A DNA stretch of 64,000 nt, taken from positions 138,019 through 202,018 of the forward strand of contig WRHU01000002.1 in the NCBI GenBank assembly GCA_009783085.1, read 5' to 3'. The position numbers and the translations under genes are program-made. Source of the stretch: Coriobacteriia bacterium (GTDB lineage Bacteria > Actinomycetota > Coriobacteriia > Coriobacteriales > UBA8131). How positions within the stretch are numbered: position 1 is the first letter of the stretch; the number at the start of each line of letters is the position of its first letter. Below the pieces are notes generated by a model. It saw nothing but the letters and a program-made list of their open reading frames with translations, had not been told where the DNA came from and did no database searches. Shown in pieces: positions 55,243-61,700 of this stretch.

Positions 55243-55381
55243 GGCTCATGGTGAGGTTCGGTGGCGCGGACTGAAGCTCTTAAGGCTCATGGTGAGGCTT
55301 GATGGCACGGACTAAAGCTCATAGGGAAGTTTGGTGTTGCAACTTATAGCTCATAGCGAGATTCGATGGCGCGCCCAAGAC
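55243..55381. repeat. Degenerate tandem copies (4) of the recR 3'-terminal 30-34 bp
   Basis: Copies start at 55243, 55284, 55316 and 55348, each beginning (a/g)gctcat(a/g)g. The last copy is the genuine recR C-terminus (codons GRAIESRYEL-stop). Confidence 0.85.
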
Positions 55382-55949
55382 TTATCTCGTCGGCAAACTC
55401 AAGATCGCCTCCAACCGGCAAGCCGCTGGCAAGGCGCGTTACTTTGACCTCGAGCGGTTTGATGAGGCGAGAGAGATAAATCGCAGTTGTTTCTCCCTCT
55501 ACATTGGGGTTGGTCGCAAGCAAAACCTCGGCGGTTTTCTCGGCATCAAGACGGTGGAGAAGTTCTTTGATAGTGAGGTCGTCGGGGCCAATGCCATCCA
55601 TGGGCGAAATTGCCCCGCCAAGCACGTGATAGCTGCCGTTAAACTCGCCCGTGCGCTCAATAGCGGTTATGTCGCGCGGCTCGCTGACCACACATATAAG
55701 GGCAGCATCGCGCTTGCCAATTTGGGTATCTGCGCAGATTTTGCAGAGTTCGCCCTCTGCATAGTTGAAGCAACGGTTGCAAAAACGCACCGTGTCTTTA
55801 ACGTCGATGATTGCCTCGGCGAGATTTTTGACCTGCGAGGGGTCGCGATTAAGCAACCAGTAGACAATGCGCTGGGCACTTTTGGGGCCGATGCCAGGCA
55901 GGCGTTCGAACTCATTGAGAAGTCTTTGTATGGAGCTTGCTTGCGTCAT
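55344..55949 (-). CDS. recR: Recombination protein RecR
   Basis: HhH N-terminus LPGIGPKSAQR, Cys4 zinc finger CNRCFNYAEGELCKIC, Toprim domain. Confidence 0.96.
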   Translation of the reverse strand: MTQASSIQRLLNEFERLPGIGPKSAQRIVYWLLNRDPSQVKNLAEAIIDVKDTVRFCNRCFNYAEGELCKICADTQIGKRDAALICVVSEPRDITAIERTGEFNGSYHVLGGAISPMDGIGPDDLTIKELLHRLDAEKTAEVLLATNPNVEGETTAIYLSRLIKPLEVKVTRLASGLPVGGDLEFADEISLGRAIESRYEL

Positions 55950-55950
55950 A

Positions 55951-56035
55951 GTTTGCTGAACCTTGGTTTGCTCGGGGTCGGATTTGCTGGTTTGCTCGGG
56001 TCTGGTTTGCTCGGGTTTTGGTTTCTAAGTTTGCT
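55951..56035. repeat. GTTTGCT heptamer / GGTTTGCTCGGG 12-mer repeat array forming the whole ybaB-recR spacer
   Basis: GTTTGCT or TTTGCT occurs 6 times in 85 bp. GGTTTGCTCGGG occurs at 55965, 55989 and 56004. Confidence 0.9.
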
Positions 56036-56345
56036 AGAACCCCGGAATACCAAGGCCGCCCGTTACGGCATTGAGCTTTGCAGATGCTTGCTCTTGTACC
56101 GCACGCAGGGCCTCGTTGACTGCTGCTGTGATGAGGTCTTGGAGCATTTCAACGTCGTCGGGGTCTATGACCGAGGGGTCAATCGTGATGCTTTCGATGA
56201 CGTTTTCGCCCGTTGCCACCGCACGCACAACGCCACCGCCTGCTGTGCCCTCAGCGGTAAGCTGGGTTGCTTCCTCCTGCGCTTTGGCGAGCTCCATTTG
56301 CATTTTGCGCGCCTCTTTCATCATTCTGTTCATGTCCATTGCCAC
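56034..56345 (-). CDS. ybaB: Nucleoid-associated protein YbaB/EbfC
   Basis: MNRMMKEARKMQMELAKAQEE... is typical of YbaB. GTG start with AGGAG 7 nt upstream. Confidence 0.93.
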   Translation of the reverse strand: MAMDMNRMMKEARKMQMELAKAQEEATQLTAEGTAGGGVVRAVATGENVIESITIDPSVIDPDDVEMLQDLITAAVNEALRAVQEQASAKLNAVTGGLGIPGF

Positions 56346-56371
56346 GAGGGGCTCCTTTCGGGTTGGTTCTC

Positions 56372-56438
56372 TTTTTTGCTCTGCGCTGCTTCTGTTTTTT
56401 TTGCTCTGCGCTGCTTTTTTTAGTTCTGCGCTGCTGCT
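56372..56438. repeat. Three copies of T(6-8)-(T/A)G(C/T)TCTGCGCTGCT in the dnaX-ybaB spacer
   Basis: Cores lie at 56377-56390, 56402-56415 and 56422-56435, each preceded by a T-run. Confidence 0.9.
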
Positions 56439-56495
56439 CCTTTTTGTAAACGTATTATAGTTCCTTGCTGCTTGTTGCGCTGCCTGCGTTATACC

Positions 56496-58307
56496 TTAGA
56501 GCTCCTCAAAGTTTATTGCACTGCCCATGCTTGAGGAGAGCATTTGCTCAAGTTGTTCTTTTTCGGCTTCGTTTGCTTTTTGCTCCTCTGCTGCTGCTTT
56601 CTGTTTGGCTTTGCTTTGGTTTTGCGCTGCTGCCTGTGCTGCTGCCTGCGCTGCTGCTTGCTCGACAGGTTCGCCAAAGTCAGGAACGAGCGGGCGAGCG
56701 GGGGCTTCGGCAGGCTGGTTGCCCAAAACATAGACTGGCTGATATTCCGTGCCAGAAACCTCTGCAATGAGCGTTTTTATAATGCCAAGATTGTCAGGGC
56801 TTTCAAGCTTCTTTTTGGTAAAGCCTGCGTCACCTGGCAAAGTGATGGTTATGGTCTTTTTGTCCTCGTCTATCTCTGCTTCTGAGCCCGTGAGAAACGA
56901 GCCCAAGAGTTTGCTCTTTTTCTTGGCTGCAGCCTCAACCTCAAGCCACAGGCGATGTGTTCCTGAGGTTGTGGCAGCTGGCGCATTTGAGTTTGGTTCA
57001 GCTGTCTGCGAAGTGCTTGCGAATGGAACGGCTGCCTTCGCAGATGAGGTTGCCTTTTGTGCAGGGCTTGCCTGCACAGGATTTTCCTGCGCGCCGCTTG
57101 GCAAAGGCGCATAAGCTGAGGTGTTGTTTCCTTGCTCAAGCAACGCCACCCGAGATGCCAAGGCATCGAGCGTTACGTCACTTGCGGGACGCACCATACG
57201 CGTGAGTGCAATTTCAAGGGCAAGACGGGCGTTGGTAGCGCTTTTGAGCTCAACACTTAAATCGCCCAAAACCCCCAGTATGTGAGCAAGGCGGTCTGGT
57301 GAACCAAATGCTCGTGCCTGGTTTTGATATTGCTCGCAGGCTTCGCTTGTTTCTGCCGTAGGCTTATCGCTCTTGCCGAGACCAAGAATACTGCAAAGCT
57401 CGGAAGTGTTTTTGATTACGCTCGCCGCATAAAGATTTCTCATGTGAGCGGCAAACTCATTGGTAAAAAGTGCGATGTCGGTTGCGCTTTGGGCAAAGCC
57501 GTCAACCCAAGCAAAACAGGCGGCGGCATTGCGGGCGGCAACAAGCTCGGCAAGCTCAAAAAGCTGTGAGCTGGTTACTTCGCCCAGCAGGTTTTCGACC
57601 GCTGCAAAACTTACCTGTCCGCTGCCAAATGTTGCAACCTGCTCCAAGGCTCCAATGGCATCTCTCATTCCGCCTTGGGAGCGCGCGGCAATAAGCTCAA
57701 GTGCGGCGGGTTCGGCAGAAAATCCTTCTTTTTTGCAGATGGCAGCAAGCCTGCTGGTAATTTGCTCCTCGCTCAGACGCTTGAAATCAAAGCGTTGGCA
57801 GCGTGAGATAATGGTTGCGGGAACTTTGTGCGCGTCGGTGGTGCAAAGAATGAAAACGATGTGCGCGGGGGGCTCTTCAAGCGTGAGAAGCAGTGCGTTA
57901 AAGGCGGTGGTAGAGAGCATGTGGACTTCGTCGATAATGTAGACCTTATATGCGCCGTGCGTGGGGGCAAACTTGACGCGACTGATAATCTCCTCACGGA
58001 TATTATCGACGCCCGTGCGCGAGGCAGCGTCGAGTTCATGGACGTCTGGGTGCGTGCCCTCGGCAATGGATTGGCATTGCTCGCAGGTTCCGCAGGGAGT
58101 GGGCGTAGGTGCTTTCTCGCACAAAAGAGCTTTGGCAAGTACGCGCGCTGTGGTGGTTTTGCCGGTGCCGCGCGGGCCGCAAAAAAGGTAGGCGTGTGAG
58201 GGCGTGCCGGTTTTGACGGCGTTCATAAGGGTTTTTTCGACGTGCTCTTGCCCAACAACGTCGTCAAAGGTTTGCGGGCGGTATTTACGATAAAGCGATA
58301 TAGCCAT
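56496..58307 (-). CDS. dnaX: DNA polymerase III subunit gamma/tau
   Basis: YRKYRPQTFDDVVGQ and Walker A GPRGTGKTT. The start is taken at the ATG at 58307 (AAGGA upstream). The track start at 58367 adds 20 poorly supported codons. Confidence 0.94.
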   Translation of the reverse strand: MAISLYRKYRPQTFDDVVGQEHVEKTLMNAVKTGTPSHAYLFCGPRGTGKTTTARVLAKALLCEKAPTPTPCGTCEQCQSIAEGTHPDVHELDAASRTGVDNIREEIISRVKFAPTHGAYKVYIIDEVHMLSTTAFNALLLTLEEPPAHIVFILCTTDAHKVPATIISRCQRFDFKRLSEEQITSRLAAICKKEGFSAEPAALELIAARSQGGMRDAIGALEQVATFGSGQVSFAAVENLLGEVTSSQLFELAELVAARNAAACFAWVDGFAQSATDIALFTNEFAAHMRNLYAASVIKNTSELCSILGLGKSDKPTAETSEACEQYQNQARAFGSPDRLAHILGVLGDLSVELKSATNARLALEIALTRMVRPASDVTLDALASRVALLEQGNNTSAYAPLPSGAQENPVQASPAQKATSSAKAAVPFASTSQTAEPNSNAPAATTSGTHRLWLEVEAAAKKKSKLLGSFLTGSEAEIDEDKKTITITLPGDAGFTKKKLESPDNLGIIKTLIAEVSGTEYQPVYVLGNQPAEAPARPLVPDFGEPVEQAAAQAAAQAAAQNQSKAKQKAAAEEQKANEAEKEQLEQMLSSSMGSAINFEEL

Positions 58308-58565
58308 GGTTATCCTTTTTCTGCAAGGCTCAAGAGAGCTTGAGGGTGTTTTGGCGTTCTTGTCCATTTTACCCTATCTGGCTCGCGGGCTGGGGTGCTA
58401 GATGGTTGTTGTATGGAGGTGGCGGGACAAGGCTGCGGCTTGCTTGGGCAACAACGGTAAGATTGCGGGTCAAGCCCGCAATGACGAGGAGGTCTATCCT
58501 CACAATGACAAAGCATTTCTGGACAACAACCGTTACTAACCTACCGCTCTCCCTCTAGGCACCGG

Positions 58566-58630
58566 GTCAAGCCCGGTGCGACATACCGTCAAGTGCGGGG
58601 CGACATACTGTCAGGCCCGGTGCGACAGCG
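58566..58630. repeat. 22-bp x3 tandem repeat upstream of dnaX
   Basis: Units: gtcaagcccggtgcgacatacc, gtcaagtgcggggcgacatact, gtcaggcccggtgcgacagcg. Confidence 0.9.
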
Positions 58631-58635
58631 TAGAC

Positions 58636-58670
58636 AAAAAAAGACACTCGCGTAAGCGAGTGTCTTTTTA
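58636..58670 (-). terminator. Terminator of the giant adhesin gene (bidirectional-looking)
   Basis: A7, then gacactcgc-gtaa-gcgagtgtc, then TTTTT. It is preceded by a second 12-bp hairpin (58686-58697 / 58712-58723). Confidence 0.85.
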
Positions 58671-58777
58671 GTTGCTTTGCCTCCCCCGGCAAGCCCTCTA
58701 TGGTGGTGGGTAGGGCTTGCCGGAAAGAGTTTACTTAAAGCGACTACATATCCTTTACAGGAGTGTCCTTTTGGGGA

Positions 58778-61700
58778 CTATCCTATGTAGGTCCGTTGCA
58801 CGGTTTGTGGAACGGGAGCTTGGACTACAACCTGTGGTTGCGGTGCATAAGGCTCTCTGTCGTCGCGGTTCTTTTTCAGCAGCGCTGCCACCATGGGCAC
58901 CAACAGCTGAACGAACACGATAAGTGAAAGCGGTAGTGAGTACTGGTCGATAATACCCATCTTGGCAGTGAAGTCTTGAGTTACCAGTAAGACAACCAAA
59001 CCTTCGATGAATGCTATGACAGCGATCAACAGTACTGGAGCGTTAACGTACATGCTCTTTTGCTTAGCTGGTCTATCTCTGTCTTCGTCTTCTTTACGAC
59101 GATCAAAGAAGAACTTGATGAGGAAGCCTAGTGCAAGCAAGGCAGACAGTATTACCACTAACAGGTTGAACAGTGACCAGAACTTCTCTTCTGGCGGATC
59201 TACCACTACTGGCGGAGTCGCAGGTGTTTTATCGACTTCAATAATCCGAGTCTCACCAGGTACCGTCACCGCTGGCGGAGCTGCCACGTTCACATACGTT
59301 GCAGGTGGGTTAACCACGATGCGCGGTTGTGGAGGTGCAGCATCTTTAGTCCAGTGTGCATAAACCGTGCGGTTTGCGTTTACCGTAGTTGAAGCGGTAA
59401 AGGCAGAGCCACCAGATTTCTTGGTGTACCAACCATTGAAGCTGTAACCCTTACGTACAGGATCACTTGGCAGATACGCAATAGTAGTTGCAGGACGCTG
59501 TACATACAAAGCGCTTGGACCAGTTAGACGACCACCATTGGCGTTAAAGGTTACTTTGTAGCGCGGCAGCGGCTGCGTTACGGTTGCCGTAATGGTCTTT
59601 GTCAGAGTTGCTGCAAGCGTGTCAATTGTTGCGTCTGCTGTATCAACATCAACAGCAAGCGTGCCAAGTGACGATGTGCCAGCATCAACAACGGCGATAA
59701 CTGGTTTGTAGGTGCCACCAGCATTGGTGTAGCCACCCAAAGCGCTTACGCGAACTGATACGGGTGTGCCGTCAATGCGCGTTGCTTGAGCAGCAGATTG
59801 TTGCAAGATCTGAGCTGCACGGTTGTTCATGTTAACTGCACTGTGTGCAATAGTGAAGTTCTTGGCATACAAGATGTGCGTTGCATCAAAGACAATGTTG
59901 CCATCATCAACAACAACCGCAGCTTTAACTGATGAGGTGTTGCCATCGCTATCGGTAACAGTCATGGTTACCTGATAGATGCCCGGCTTGTTGGCAGGAA
60001 CATTGCCGTCAACCTTAATCTGGCTGGTCAAATCGCCATCCTCAACGTCATACGCCGTTGATTTGCCACGTTTTTGATCGTTGGTCAGGTTGCTACCATT
60101 GTTAGGTGCAACAGGAACAACTACCGGACGCTCTGGGGTCAAAACAGGCAGGTTGCCTGTGCCAACTGTAAAGGTAACGGTTGCCTCAACGCCACCAACG
60201 CCCTCAGGGATAAAGGTAACGGTGTAAGAGCCTACCTTGCCCTCAATGTTGTTAGCAGAAACCGTAACGTTGTGCGGCTGTGAGCCACCAGTAGCAGCAA
60301 TCTTAAAGCCTTGAGCCTCAGCTAAAGCAACAAGTTTTGCAACTGATGCAGCATCGGTCTTGCCAGCCAACGCAGCTGCCTCAGAAACACGAAGCATTAC
60401 GTTGTTAGCACCAACGATGTAGCGATTGGTATCGTTTGGATCATTGGTATTGGTGTCATTAACGTTGCCGTCTTCATCAGGCGTGTTGCTAATAACATCT
60501 TTGTTGATAACCTGAGCACTAATCTTTTTGACGGGCTTGTCTTCTTCTGCCACGCCAATCTCGATATTTGAATACGTGCCAACTGCAGCTCTAAAGCCAC
60601 CGTTGTTCTTAACTGCTGCAGGCCAATCCTCAAGACCGGTTACGTTGCCATCAGCGTCGCGCACAACGTGTTTTGCTTGTGCGTGCGACAGTTGCAAGAT
60701 AAGGTCATTGGGGTTTGTTGCACTGTTGATATCATTTACCGTAGTAATGAAATCACCAGCGTTAACAGCATAGTCGCCATCAACTTCCCAACCTACCATG
60801 ACATAACCAATAGCAGACGTCGAGTTGTTTTCAGTATCCGTTACGGTGTAGGTAACCTCATAGATACCCTCTTTGCTCGTGTCAATGCTTGTCGGAGCAT
60901 AAACAACCTTCAAGTCTTTAGGATCATCTTCTGCATCACCATAGGTAACATCGCGCATAAAGTCAGCATCGGTGAAGTTTGCATTAAGTGCCACGCTCTT
61001 AAGAGCAGGAACGTTAATCCAAGGATACTCACCATTTGAAACGATAACGTCAACCCATACAAAGGCTTCGTGATCTTCATCTACCCAGAACTTAACCGGA
61101 ATAACGGTTGGGTAGTTAGGATCGGTGCCCGGATGTGGATCAGGCGTAAAGGTTGCTGTTCTAAAGCCACCATCGTCTACGAGCTTAGGCGTTCCGCCTT
61201 GTGACAAATTGGTGTCAGCGCGGACATAGCTTTCTACCAGCGCACGCGTGAGGAACTCGTTGTCATACGCACTTCCATTGGTGGACTGCAGTTTTGCAGC
61301 ATCAGCCAAGTTAATGCGGAATGAGCGAGCCTTGATTGAATACGCATCGCCGTTTCCACCAACTTCGGGGAACGGAGGACGTGAGTCAAGTACGCGAGCG
61401 GTAATGGTACGCGTGAAGTTAGGAGCCTCTTGGATAGCAAGTATCGGACGATACGTGCCAGCCATGTCGTTCATCGATGCAGTATCGCGAACCATAGCAG
61501 TTGCGTCACTACCGTTAGATCTCCATGCTTTTGCCTCTGAGTTCTCGAGGATGATTCCTGGGATGTTGTTGTTGTCAACATCTTTGGACTCGATAACAAA
61601 GGAGCGTGCTTGCAAGATCCAGTTCTCATCGAATGAAATTGAACCATCGTTGACGATAAGTGCACGGGTGACCTGAGCGGTGTTAAGGTCAGAATCCATT

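Noticed and set aside
57729-57735. dnaX programmed -1 frameshift site (A6G as in E. coli)
   Set aside because: The heptamer is in the wrong register (TGC AAA AAA GAA). It lies at residue 208 or so, inside the ATPase/clamp-loader core, so a truncated product would be non-functional.
58368-58640. SRP (4.5S/scRNA) gene in its usual position upstream of dnaX
   Set aside because: There is no GNRA-capped helix 8 and no GGAA/AGCA symmetric-loop motif on either strand. The hairpins present have UCAAG/CUUGA loops.
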